A DNA stretch of 20,530 bases from Gemmatimonadaceae bacterium (GCA_044224875.1 JBGAJQ010000084.1:1-20530); one strand, 5' to 3'. Numbered from the stretch's first letter, positions 1 to 9,546 are shown. Program-made: numbers and translations. Notes: generated from the letters alone by a model not told the origin.

Positions 1-171
1 GTCGGCAAACGACCACCGCAACACCGGCGCCGGATGAGACCCGCTCGGTCCTTTCGACGAGTCGTACCGATGCGACGATCGCCAAGGAGATGGGCGGTGA
101 TGACTGACGCGTCTCGCACGTGGTGGACGGTTCGCGCGCGCGGGACGTCCGGAGCGAGGGGCGCCCGATGA
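1..171 (+). CDS. 3' end of an upstream gene (partial, frame uncertain)
   Basis: Frame 1 is open from base 1 to a TGA at 169-171 that overlaps the ATG (168-170) of the RND gene (ATGA coupling). Frame 3 is an alternative, open to TGA at 105-107. No recognisable motif. Confidence 0.25.
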   Translation, partial: VGKRPPQHRRRMRPARSFRRVVPMRRSPRRWAVMTDASRTWWTVRARGTSGARGAR

Positions 172-3100
172 TCGGCTGGGCGGTGCGCCGGCCCGCCGTA
201 GTCTGGGCGGCCAGTTCAGTCGTGATGTTAGGCGGCATCGTGGCCTTCACGCGACTGTCGCTCGCCACCAAGACCAGTGTCGAACTCCCCCGTCTCGAGA
301 TCGCGGCGTCGTGGCCGGGCGCGTCCGCCGAGCTGTCTGAGATGTATCTCGCCTCGCCCATCGAGGCCGCCGTGCAAAGCGTGCGTGGTGTGAAGAAGAC
401 CAGCAGCGAGTCCACGGAAGATGGCGCGAATCTGACGATCGAACTGGAACCAAAGACGGACGTCCAGATCGCTCGATTGGCGATCCTCGAACGGTTGGAG
501 CTGCTACGGCCCGACCTTCCAGTCGGCGTGTCGCCACCACGCGTGTCCAACTACGTACCGGCAGAGTTGGAGGAAGAACCCCTCATAAGGTTCACCCTCT
601 CCGGACCGTACACCGCCGGCGCGTTGCAGAAGTTGGCCGACGACGAGATCGAACCGCGCCTGTCGGCGATCGAAGGGGTGGCAGGAATCGACGTCCGTGG
701 TGGGACGGAGCTTGGCGTCACGGTGAGCTACGACCCCCGGTTCCTTCGCCAGTTAGGCATGTCACCCGACCGGATCGGCGAGGCCCTGCGCGACGCGCGG
801 ATGGTACGCTCGTTAGGTCTCGAGCGTCGAGGAAGTTCGGAACGTACGGTGGCCCTGCGCGACCAACCCGGCGCGATCGAGGAGCTGAATCGATTGCCGG
901 TCGTGGGGCCGGGCGGGCGCATCTTCAAGCTCAGTGAAGTGGCGAACGTCCGGCCGGACGAGGACACGCGCGGCTTCTTCTTTCGCATCGATGGGCAGCC
1001 GGCGATCGCCCTTGCCGTCTCACGACTGGCCGGCGCCGATGCCATCAAGACCGCCGAACGACTGCGCGACGCGGCGAAGGAGGTGCAGTCCCACCTTCCG
1101 CCGCGCGTCACCATTGGGGCCGTGTCCGACGACAGCATCGAGCTGGCCAAGGAGCTGCGCGACCTGCTCATCCGCGGCGCCATCGCCTTCGTGGCCGTCC
1201 TGCTCGTGATCGCCTTCATGTTGCACGATGCTCGCGCCGTAGCGCTCGTCATGGGCAGTGCCACACTCGCGGTCGCCGGCACCTCACTGGGGTTGTACCT
1301 GCTGAACATTCCGGCCAACATGCTGACACTGGCGGGACTGGCGATGGGAGTCGGTATCCTGGTCCAGGACGGGCTGGTGGTCGCCGAGCGGTTAGGCACG
1401 GCACCGGACACCGTGGAAGGTCGGACGGCAGCTGCTCGCCGCATCGCCCCGGCCATCCTCGGGGCCACCATGACCACGGCCGTTGTGCTCTTCCCCTTCC
1501 TGTACCTGCAGGGAGACGCGCGCGCGGCCTTCGTGCCCTTTGCGTCGGCGTTTGCCTTGGCGTTAGGGTGCTCGATCGTCTCGTCGCTGGTCATGGTGCC
1601 GTCGCTCGCCGCCGGGCACCGCGTGCATGAAGCCCGCTGGCCGCGCTCGCGCCGCGCCTACGCCAAGTTACTCATCCCCATGGTGCGCTGGCGCTGGGCG
1701 ACGCTGGTGATGACGGTGGCGGTCCTGACGGCGCTCACCTGGGTCTTTGTGAAGCGCGTGCCCCGCTTCTCGTTCAGCGGCTTTGGCGACCAGCGTACCA
1801 ACATCCAGGCCTCGTTGTCCTTCCCGCGGGGGTCAGACCCGGCGTCGCTGGACGTGGCGATGCGCGAATTGGAGAGAATTGCCGTTAGGCGCGAGGGCGT
1901 GGAACGCGTCGTGGCGCAGAGCTTTGGGACCTTTGGCGCCGGCATGCAGGTCATCTTCCGGCGCGACGCCGAGTTTACGACGATTCCGCAGCAGATCGAG
2001 GAAGAGCTGATCCAGCGCGCCGCGCTGATCGGGGGTGTATCGGCCAGCGTGCGCGGGAATGGGCCCGGCTTCTCGTCAGGCTTTGGCGGTGCCGGGGCGG
2101 CTTCGTTCCGCATCCGCATACTCGGCTACTCGTTCGCCGGCACCGAGCGCATTGCGAATGACCTCAAGCAGCGGCTGGAAGGGATCACTCGCGTCCGCGA
2201 CGTGACCATCTCCACGTCCTCGTTCTTTGGAAGGGAAAAGACCTTTGCCGTGACAATCTCGCCTGATCGCGCGGCGCTGGCACGCCATGGCGTCACCGCG
2301 GCCGCGCTGGCGCAGGCCATCGCCCGTGAGGTGCGTGGCGCCGTGGGGCGACAGCTGCTGGAGATCGGCGGCGACGAAATCGCGGTGACCGTGAAGGCAG
2401 AAGGATCGCGCGAGCGCTCGCTGGATGAGCTGCGGGAGACCATCGTGCCGACCGCCAGTGGCGATGGTGTGCGGCTGGACGCGATTGCCACCGTCGACGA
2501 GCGAGAGTCGCTGGGAAATATCGCTCGCCAGGATCAACAGTACTTGCGGATCGTGAGTTACGATTTTCGGGGACCGGCCAAGCTCGCACGTCGCACACAG
2601 GACGCGTTCATGAAGTCGATCACCGTGCCTGCTGGCTACACGGTGGAAGAGACGGGATTCGGGTTCTACCAGCCGGATGAGAGCGAGAAGGGGTTGTGGC
2701 TGGTTTTTTCGATCGGGATCGTGTTGGTGGTGCTGACGGTAGCACTCGTCTTTGACTCGGTGTGGGCTGCGTCCATGGTGTTCCTGAGCCTCCCCGTGGC
2801 GTTAGGCGGGGTGATGCTGGCCTTCTGGGTGGCGAAGGCGACGTTCACGCGGGAGGCGGCGGTCGGCGTGATCCTGGTGGTGGGGCTGGCTGTGCACCAG
2901 GCGATCCTGCTGATCGATGGCGCCGTGGAACGCCGGCGGCGACGATGCGAGCAGGGCCTCACACTCGGCGGGGCCGACGTGATCCGCGCGTCCCTGGACC
3001 GCGCCGGGATGATCGTGCTGATCACCCTCACGTCGCTGGCGTCACTGTTGCCGCTGGCGATCGGCACGGACACGGACTCGCTGTTTGGTGCCATCGCGCT

Positions 3101-3227
3101 GGCGACGTCGGGCGGGACGGTGGCCGGGACGATCGGCGCCATGTTCGTGGTCCCGGTCATGATCGCCAAGCGTCGGCGGCGTGGAACCTCGCCGGTTCTC
3201 GCTTCCGTCCCGGCCTCAACCACGTAG
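168..3227 (+). CDS. Efflux RND transporter permease subunit (AcrB/AcrD/AcrF family)
   Basis: About 1020 aa with the RND layout TM1, periplasmic loop, 5-6 TMs, repeated twice. Motifs: WPGASAE..E...ASPIE, NMLTLAGLAMGVGILV, GATMTT.VVLFP, LPVALGG, SLLPLAIG. Start placed at ATG 168 (GAGGGG upstream) rather than GTG 120. Confidence 0.93.
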   Translation: MIGWAVRRPAVVWAASSVVMLGGIVAFTRLSLATKTSVELPRLEIAASWPGASAELSEMYLASPIEAAVQSVRGVKKTSSESTEDGANLTIELEPKTDVQIARLAILERLELLRPDLPVGVSPPRVSNYVPAELEEEPLIRFTLSGPYTAGALQKLADDEIEPRLSAIEGVAGIDVRGGTELGVTVSYDPRFLRQLGMSPDRIGEALRDARMVRSLGLERRGSSERTVALRDQPGAIEELNRLPVVGPGGRIFKLSEVANVRPDEDTRGFFFRIDGQPAIALAVSRLAGADAIKTAERLRDAAKEVQSHLPPRVTIGAVSDDSIELAKELRDLLIRGAIAFVAVLLVIAFMLHDARAVALVMGSATLAVAGTSLGLYLLNIPANMLTLAGLAMGVGILVQDGLVVAERLGTAPDTVEGRTAAARRIAPAILGATMTTAVVLFPFLYLQGDARAAFVPFASAFALALGCSIVSSLVMVPSLAAGHRVHEARWPRSRRAYAKLLIPMVRWRWATLVMTVAVLTALTWVFVKRVPRFSFSGFGDQRTNIQASLSFPRGSDPASLDVAMRELERIAVRREGVERVVAQSFGTFGAGMQVIFRRDAEFTTIPQQIEEELIQRAALIGGVSASVRGNGPGFSSGFGGAGAASFRIRILGYSFAGTERIANDLKQRLEGITRVRDVTISTSSFFGREKTFAVTISPDRAALARHGVTAAALAQAIAREVRGAVGRQLLEIGGDEIAVTVKAEGSRERSLDELRETIVPTASGDGVRLDAIATVDERESLGNIARQDQQYLRIVSYDFRGPAKLARRTQDAFMKSITVPAGYTVEETGFGFYQPDESEKGLWLVFSIGIVLVVLTVALVFDSVWAASMVFLSLPVALGGVMLAFWVAKATFTREAAVGVILVVGLAVHQAILLIDGAVERRRRRCEQGLTLGGADVIRASLDRAGMIVLITLTSLASLLPLAIGTDTDSLFGAIALATSGGTVAGTIGAMFVVPVMIAKRRRRGTSPVLASVPASTT

Positions 3228-5186
3228 CGTTCTCGCGGACGGGCAGACTGGCGCGAGGGCTCTTAGGAAACCGGGGCGTGCCTGGCCTTCGGGATCGAGC
3301 GGGTCGCGAGTGAGGGCCGTCGGATCGGCCGCATTCTTCCCTCCGATCACGTAGAACGCTCCGCCAGCCTCAACCGCGGAGGCCGAATAGCCGGCGGCCG
3401 GCAACGGCGCCAGCGAACGCCACGTCCCGGTGATTGCGTCGAACTGCTGCGTGAGCGCGATCGCCGACTTGAGGTTATGGATCCCTCCAAAGACATACAT
3501 CGCCGTCGACGACGATCCAGCGGCGGCGAATCGCGTCGCCGTCGGCAAGGATGGCACCGTACTCCAGCGATCCGTCGCAGGGTCATAGACGCTGGCCTTG
3601 GCCTGGGCAAACCGAAGGAATCCGTTGCCACCCGCCAGATACAACTTTCCGCCGATGCCGGCGCCGGCGGCGGCGCGGGTGCCGGCGGGCGCCTTTGGCA
3701 ACGCGCGCCACGTGTCCTTGGCCGGGTCATAGGCGAAGACGGCACGGCTGTCATCACCCATGCTGACATAGATGATCCCATCGATCGTGACTGCGGCACC
3801 GCCGTTGGTCGCTACCGGCATGGGCGTCCCGGTGGCCCAGCTGTTCGATGACGGGTCGTACGCATACACGGTCGTGGTCGGCGCCTTGTTGTCGCCCGCT
3901 GTGTTTCCGCCAAAGACATAGAGCCGTCCGTTGGCGACGGCGGCCATGGCATGCCCGCGCGCCGCCGGCAGTGGCGCCCGCGTGCTCCAGGTGGATGTGG
4001 CGATGTCGAACGCCTCATTCGTCGTCACGAGTCCGCTGCGAGCGAGAAACCCGCCGATCACGTAGATCTTCCCGTCAAGCTCCGCGGCGACGGCGGCGTC
4101 GCGCGCCGACGGGACAGAGGGCGCGCGCAACCAGAAGTCGCCGTGCCTGAAGACCGCAACCGAGGCTTGGGCCACCCCCGCGGCATCCTCACCGCCAGCA
4201 ACAACGAGCAATCGGCCGACCGCCGCGGTGCCAGCGTACGCGCGTTCCGCCGGAAGCGTCGCTCGACCGATCCAGGCCCCGCGTGCCGGGTCCTGGTACG
4301 CGACCGATCGCCCACTGCCTGGAGAGCCCTTTCCGCCAGCTACTACAATGCTCTGGTTGACCAGCGCGGCCCCCAGCCCCTGGCGGGGTGACGACAGGGA
4401 CGACACGGCTTCCCACGTCCCTTTCTGGACGTCGAATCGCTCGCCACGGTCCGTCGCTCCGCCAGCTCCATCTCGTCCACCCAGCAGCCACACGGCACCG
4501 CGCACCGTCAGCAAAGCGCCATCGGCATGATCGCCGTCGGGCGACGCGAGGGAGTCGATCGCCATACCTCCAGGCACATAGCGATAGAAATGCCGGGAGA
4601 TCGTACCGGTCGTGTCACAGCCGATGAACACATAAATCGCGTCGCCGAGTGCGGTCGCCCCACCGCACCCGCCAGCGACCGGCAACTCTGCGGCAGTCGT
4701 CCATCGGTCCGTGGCGGGTGCATAACGAAGGATCGTCCGCACGTATTTCCCGGCCGCGTCCGTTCCCCCAAACACGAAGACGTCACCATTCACCGTCGCC
4801 GCGGCCATGCCCGCACGCGCTTGTGGCAGCGGCGCACGCGTCGACCACTGGTTGCTCGCGGCATCGAACGCAAAGGTGGTCTGCGTGGCCGTTCCCGACG
4901 CATCCCGTCCGCCAATCGCGAACACCACACCGCCCACGGCCACGCTCGCGTGATGCGAACGTGGAGCCGGCAAGGGCGCGGCAACCACCCACGTATTGGG
5001 GGCCGCACTGGCGAACGCTCCAGTGAGCGGTGGGACCGAGAGCACGAAGTCCGAGACAACGACCGGCGCGTCCACTGGTACCTTGGCCTTGCGACAGCCT
5101 GCCATCGCCGCCGCCGATGCCATCGCGCAAATCGCCGACCGTAGCGCGCGGGCCTTCACCACGTTCCTCAGGTTCATGTATGGCAT
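3216..5186 (-). CDS. Kelch-repeat (12 repeats, double beta-propeller) probable lipoprotein
   Basis: Twelve repeats of the pattern P..R..(h)...G.hYhhGG...YDP....W. The N-terminus has a basic region and an Ala-rich stretch ending in MAG|C31, which resembles a lipobox. The start may be at 5177. Confidence 0.88.
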   Translation of the reverse strand: MPYMNLRNVVKARALRSAICAMASAAAMAGCRKAKVPVDAPVVVSDFVLSVPPLTGAFASAAPNTWVVAAPLPAPRSHHASVAVGGVVFAIGGRDASGTATQTTFAFDAASNQWSTRAPLPQARAGMAAATVNGDVFVFGGTDAAGKYVRTILRYAPATDRWTTAAELPVAGGCGGATALGDAIYVFIGCDTTGTISRHFYRYVPGGMAIDSLASPDGDHADGALLTVRGAVWLLGGRDGAGGATDRGERFDVQKGTWEAVSSLSSPRQGLGAALVNQSIVVAGGKGSPGSGRSVAYQDPARGAWIGRATLPAERAYAGTAAVGRLLVVAGGEDAAGVAQASVAVFRHGDFWLRAPSVPSARDAAVAAELDGKIYVIGGFLARSGLVTTNEAFDIATSTWSTRAPLPAARGHAMAAVANGRLYVFGGNTAGDNKAPTTTVYAYDPSSNSWATGTPMPVATNGGAAVTIDGIIYVSMGDDSRAVFAYDPAKDTWRALPKAPAGTRAAAGAGIGGKLYLAGGNGFLRFAQAKASVYDPATDRWSTVPSLPTATRFAAAGSSSTAMYVFGGIHNLKSAIALTQQFDAITGTWRSLAPLPAAGYSASAVEAGGAFYVIGGKNAADPTALTRDPLDPEGQARPGFLRALAPVCPSARTLRG

Positions 5187-5213
5187 TCTGAAAGCAGTCT
5201 CTGGTGCGCTGGA

Positions 5214-5393
5214 TCAGTTCTCATTCGCGTGGCACCGCCGCGTGGGTGTTCGTCGACGCCGCGCCAATGCGCCGGTTGCGGAGTTTCCCTCCCTGGCTGA
5301 TCGCGGTGAACACGTGAGACATAGATAAGTGAAGTCCCGATCGTGGATCGTGTGAACGCCTTCGGCGCGGAGCGGAACAACAATGTCGAGCAC
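5214..5393 (-). CDS. Candidate small protein (59 aa, CxxC), below the ORF-track cut-off
   Basis: Perfect SD AGGAGG (5404-5399) lies 5 nt before GTG 5393. Translation: MLDIVVPLRAEGVHTIHDRDFTYLCLTCSPRS...CHANEN*. An alternative frame (5395..5174, 73 aa) ends in an ATGA overlap with Kelch Met 5177. Confidence 0.3.
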   Translation of the reverse strand: MLDIVVPLRAEGVHTIHDRDFTYLCLTCSPRSAREGNSATGALARRRRTPTRRCHANEN

Positions 5394-5482
5394 ACGTGCC
5401 TCCTGTTAGGCGGGGTTGATCACCGGCTGCTCGCTCGCACCGCAAGACACCATCCGCATAACTTGATGTGGCGTTGGAAATT

Positions 5483-5498
5483 AGCAGGATGTGTGCCA
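5483..5498 (-). promoter_or_regulatory. Sigma54 (RpoN) -24/-12 promoter
   Basis: Minus strand reads TGGCAC-ACATC-CTGCT, with exact GG-N10-GC spacing against the consensus TGGCAC-N5-TTGCW. It is intergenic and points toward the small ORF and the Kelch gene. Confidence 0.6.
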
Positions 5499-5580
5499 TC
5501 TTTGGCGCATTGCCGTCCCGCCGATTGCCTCGCGGCCCGATTTCTGCCCTTAAAGGGCGAATCCCACTCACCGCACGCCG

Positions 5581-7500
5581 ATGATCGACCGTCCTTCCAT
5601 TCCCGCCGCTCCCCCATCGACGCCAGGCACTCCGGTGGCCGGTGTGGCCGCCGTCGTCTTTGCCGCGGTGTGGGTGGGCATCCTGGCGGGGCTGCTAGAA
5701 GGCGCCGTGATCAAGGTGGGCTCTGCCCTGTTGCACCTTCCGACTGGCGGGCTGGCACCGCTCGAGCTGTTCTGGATGGCGCCACTGGCCGCCACGGGGT
5801 CGTTGTTGCTGCTAGCACTCGTGCTGGTGGCCATGCGTTCCCCTGTGGAGCGCTGGGCCGCTCGGCCACTGGCGCACGTGGCCTTCCCACTCTTTGTGAC
5901 GCTTGCTCTCTACAGCTCTGTGCGTTCGCTGCGCCTTGGTGTTGCGTGGTATGCGGCGTTGGTGCTGGCGATCGGGATCGCAGCGGTTGCCGCCCGCCTC
6001 GCCGACCGGCGTCCTGCGTTCCTCGCGCGACGCGTGCCGCGCATGGTGCCATGGATGGCCGGAGCGTTGCTGCTGTACGCCATCGCCATTCCCATTTGGC
6101 GTCGAACGGCGGAATCGCGGGCCCTGGCTAGCCTTCCCGCGCCCACGCCATCGCCGAACGTGCTGGTTGTCGTGTGGGACGCCGTGCGGCATTTCGATCT
6201 CTCACTGTACGGCTACGACCGGCCCACGACGCCGGAACTCACAGCCTTCGCGCAGCGCGGTGCGGTCTTCGAACGCGCATTCACCACGGCGCCGTGGTCG
6301 TTGCCTTCGCATGCCAGCATGCTCACCGGGCGCAACCCGCAGGAGATGACCACCGGGCACCGGCAGCCGTTGGACGATTCGCAGCCGCTCATCTCGGAGG
6401 CGCTGGACAAGCGCGGCTACGCGACGGCCGGGTTTGTCGGCAATCCGTACTGGCTCCAGCCGGACTTCGGCGTGGCTCGTGGCTTCACCACGTGGGACGC
6501 CTTGCCATCGCTCTCGTTAGGTACGATCATCGGCACGTGGTGGCTGGCCAAGTCCACCTGGACCACCTTGGCCCTGGCCCGCGGCGACCACCGCGAGTTG
6601 GTCCGGCGCCGCGCAAGCGACGTGAACGACGCCCTCATCGCGTGGATCGGCCGCCGCGGCGATCGCCCGTTCTTTGCCTTCCTGAACTATTTCGACGCGC
6701 ACGAGCCCTACCTGCCGCCAGCTCCTTTCGACACGCTCTTCGCGGCGAAGGGTGCGCGCTATTGGCACGACGAACTCCCCCGCCCCTACTCGCCAACCGA
6801 GTTGAAGGAAACCCGTGACGTCTATGATGAGGGCATTCGGTACCTCGACGCACACCTCAAGGACCTCATCGATCGCCTGCAGGCCCTGAACCTCCTCGAC
6901 AACACGATCGTCATCGTCACCGCAGACCACGGCGAGGAGTTCGGGGAGCATGACCCGTCACTGATCGCGCATTCACTCACGCTCCACACCACCAGCACCT
7001 TGGTGCCGATGGTGGTCGTGTACCCGAAGCGCGTTCCCGCCGGAGTGCGCGTGATGCAGCCGGTGAGCATCCGTGACATTCCGGCGACCATCATGGACCT
7101 CACCGGGGCGAGTGAGCAACCATTCCCAGGCGTGTCGATGACCCGGTACGCCGGTGACTCGACGTCGCGCCCGCCGGCACAGGCGGTCGTCATGACGGTT
7201 GAGAAGAAGAAGACCGGCAACCTGCCACCCTGGAGCGCCAACGACGGGCATATGTACGGCGTCGTCGATGGTTCCCTGCACTACATCCTCGACGCGCAAC
7301 AGAAGGACCAGTTGTTTGACTTGTCGGCTGATCTCTGGGAGAAGGAGAACCTGGCGTCCCGCCCGGAACGGCAGGCGGACCTGCAACGGATGAAGGTGCT
7401 GCTCGACTCGCTGGTGAAGGGGCCCGACGGCAAATTGCGCCCGCGGGCTCCAGCCAAGGGTCGCGACTTCGGCGGTGGAAAGTTCATTCGTCGGCGTTAG
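5581..7500 (+). CDS. Membrane-anchored sulfatase-like hydrolase/transferase (alkaline phosphatase superfamily)
   Basis: About 5 N-terminal TM helices, then PNVLVVVWDAVR, APWSLPSHASMLTG, GYATAGF, FLNYFDAHEPY, DNTIVIVTADHGEEFGEH and LFDL..D..EKENLA. Confidence 0.9.
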   Translation: MIDRPSIPAAPPSTPGTPVAGVAAVVFAAVWVGILAGLLEGAVIKVGSALLHLPTGGLAPLELFWMAPLAATGSLLLLALVLVAMRSPVERWAARPLAHVAFPLFVTLALYSSVRSLRLGVAWYAALVLAIGIAAVAARLADRRPAFLARRVPRMVPWMAGALLLYAIAIPIWRRTAESRALASLPAPTPSPNVLVVVWDAVRHFDLSLYGYDRPTTPELTAFAQRGAVFERAFTTAPWSLPSHASMLTGRNPQEMTTGHRQPLDDSQPLISEALDKRGYATAGFVGNPYWLQPDFGVARGFTTWDALPSLSLGTIIGTWWLAKSTWTTLALARGDHRELVRRRASDVNDALIAWIGRRGDRPFFAFLNYFDAHEPYLPPAPFDTLFAAKGARYWHDELPRPYSPTELKETRDVYDEGIRYLDAHLKDLIDRLQALNLLDNTIVIVTADHGEEFGEHDPSLIAHSLTLHTTSTLVPMVVVYPKRVPAGVRVMQPVSIRDIPATIMDLTGASEQPFPGVSMTRYAGDSTSRPPAQAVVMTVEKKKTGNLPPWSANDGHMYGVVDGSLHYILDAQQKDQLFDLSADLWEKENLASRPERQADLQRMKVLLDSLVKGPDGKLRPRAPAKGRDFGGGKFIRRR

Positions 7501-7533
7501 GCGCATGCGACTCCTCTCAGGCTCACACCTGGC

Positions 7534-9546
7534 ATGCTGACCCTCGAGTACCTGTTCGCCCATGTCGCCGTGCTCGGCGTGTGGGGGGTCGTGATTGCCG
7601 CCCTTACGGGGATCGGGCTCCTGTACCAGCGCTTCATCTTGCGTCAGCTCGAGGGTTCGGCGCCGTTCTACTCCTTCTGGAGCGGGTACGCCCTCACCAT
7701 CCTCCTGTTGCAGCTCTGGCATTTCGTTCGCCCGATCGACGCCTTCACCCTCGTGACCGTTTTGCTGCTTGGTGGACTGGGGCTCGCGCGCTCGCGACCT
7801 TGGGTTCGGGAGTGGGTCGTCGCGGCTCGCACCGCGCGACCGACGTGGCTCCACGCCATCGGTGCCGTGTTGGCGTTGTGGATGGCGAACATGGCGCTTG
7901 GCCCCGTCTCCAACTTCGACGGCGGCGCCTATCACATTCCGACGATCGTCTGGACCAACGCCCAGCGCATCATTCCCGGATTGGGCAACCTGCACGGGCG
8001 GCTGGCGTTCAACTCGTCCAGCTTGCTCGTTGGCGCGATGGTGAACGTCGGACCGTTGCGCGGACGCGAATACCACGTGGTGGCTGGCATCCTCCTCATG
8101 CCGGTGCTCTTGCATTCGTTAGGTGCCATCCGCCGGTTGATGCTGCCGCAGCCCACCGCCGTTGCCGCCGACGCCTATGCCGCAACGATGTTCGTGCTCC
8201 TGCTTTTTGCCACGCTCGCCCATGAGCCCAGCAGCCTGGACACCGACTTGCCCGTCGGGCTGGTGCTGCTCGCCTGCGGGGAACTGCTCATTCGCGCGGC
8301 GCATGAGCCCGGAGGGAACGATTCCACGGGCCGGTGGCGGTTTGCGACCCTTACCCTGCTGACCGCGACCTCCGTCACGTTGAAGCTGAGCGCGGCCGTC
8401 ATCGGCTTCTCGATCTTCCTCGTGGCGGCGTGGATGTTTCGCGGCGTGATCGCGCGCTCGCGCCGGGCGTTGGTGCCGGCCTTGATCGTCCCCGTGCTCC
8501 TCGTGGCCTCGTGGATGGCGCGTGGGGTGGTGCTGAGTGGCTACCCCCTGTATCCCAGCACGCTGCTGGCCGCGCCGGTGCCCTGGCGCGTGCCACTCGA
8601 ACAGGCGCTAAGCGAGGCGGACTGGGTCACCTTCAGTGCCCGAATGCTTTTGCAGCACGACGTGCCGGTGGACGGCAACTGGTTTCGCTTCTGGGTGAAG
8701 GGGCTGGGCATGAATCCGCAGGACGGCGTGATGTTGCTGCTCCCGATCGTGTTGACCGTGATAGCCGCCGCGATGTGGTGGCGAGCGCGTCGGACGTCGG
8801 GCGCCAGACGCGAATTTTCGGCGCCGCCCTGGACGCTGTACCTGGCGCCGGCTGTCGGTCTCGTCTTTTGGTTTTCGGTGGCACCGCATCCGCGGTTTGC
8901 CGTCGGTTCGTTGTGGATCGTGGCCTGCACAACGTTAGGCATGGCCTACGGCGCTCGGGCGCTGGATGACGCGGACCGCGCGCGCCGAGTCGCCAACGTG
9001 GCGCGCAATTTCATCGTGGTGTTCGGTGCCCTGGTCCTGGTGCAGGCGATCTTTGCACCGGCCAAGATGTACGAGCGGATTGCGTGGATCGGTCGGTCGA
9101 CGATGCTCGGCGGGCTGGCGACACGACCGGGACCCGATCACGGGTTGCACCCGATGGGGAGTTCGCGGTTGTTGCGCTACACGACCAATTCCGGCCTCAA
9201 TGTCGTCGTGCCGGTCAGCAACAACCTGTGCTGGGACGCCCCGTTCTGCACGCCGCATCCATCCCCATACCTCGAGTTGCGGACGAAGGGACGGATCACG
9301 GACGGATTTGCCGCCGATGGTGATCGCTGGGAACCCGTTCGGTGGCCGGACCCGCTCACGCCGTTCTTTCCCTACTGGCGTTGCCTGCGGCAACCTCACC
9401 CCGCCGGCGCCGATGCAATACGCGAATGCGCCTTGTACGCACTCAAGGTGCCGACGGACACCCTGAAGCAGGTGATTCTGTCGCAGGGAGGTGATACCTT
9501 GGGTGTTGGCCCTGGAACCCGGCGCCGACCGGGCGAGAACCGTTAG
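7534..9546 (+). CDS. Polytopic membrane protein, LIC_10190-like (possible GT-C fold)
   Basis: More than 12 hydrophobic helices. Loop motif D...YH....W.....IPGLGNLHGRLAFNSS, plus KLS, SGYPLYP, AP.PRF and CWD.PFC. Family recognised from memory, not from a search. Confidence 0.7.
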   Translation: MLTLEYLFAHVAVLGVWGVVIAALTGIGLLYQRFILRQLEGSAPFYSFWSGYALTILLLQLWHFVRPIDAFTLVTVLLLGGLGLARSRPWVREWVVAARTARPTWLHAIGAVLALWMANMALGPVSNFDGGAYHIPTIVWTNAQRIIPGLGNLHGRLAFNSSSLLVGAMVNVGPLRGREYHVVAGILLMPVLLHSLGAIRRLMLPQPTAVAADAYAATMFVLLLFATLAHEPSSLDTDLPVGLVLLACGELLIRAAHEPGGNDSTGRWRFATLTLLTATSVTLKLSAAVIGFSIFLVAAWMFRGVIARSRRALVPALIVPVLLVASWMARGVVLSGYPLYPSTLLAAPVPWRVPLEQALSEADWVTFSARMLLQHDVPVDGNWFRFWVKGLGMNPQDGVMLLLPIVLTVIAAAMWWRARRTSGARREFSAPPWTLYLAPAVGLVFWFSVAPHPRFAVGSLWIVACTTLGMAYGARALDDADRARRVANVARNFIVVFGALVLVQAIFAPAKMYERIAWIGRSTMLGGLATRPGPDHGLHPMGSSRLLRYTTNSGLNVVVPVSNNLCWDAPFCTPHPSPYLELRTKGRITDGFAADGDRWEPVRWPDPLTPFFPYWRCLRQPHPAGADAIRECALYALKVPTDTLKQVILSQGGDTLGVGPGTRRRPGENR

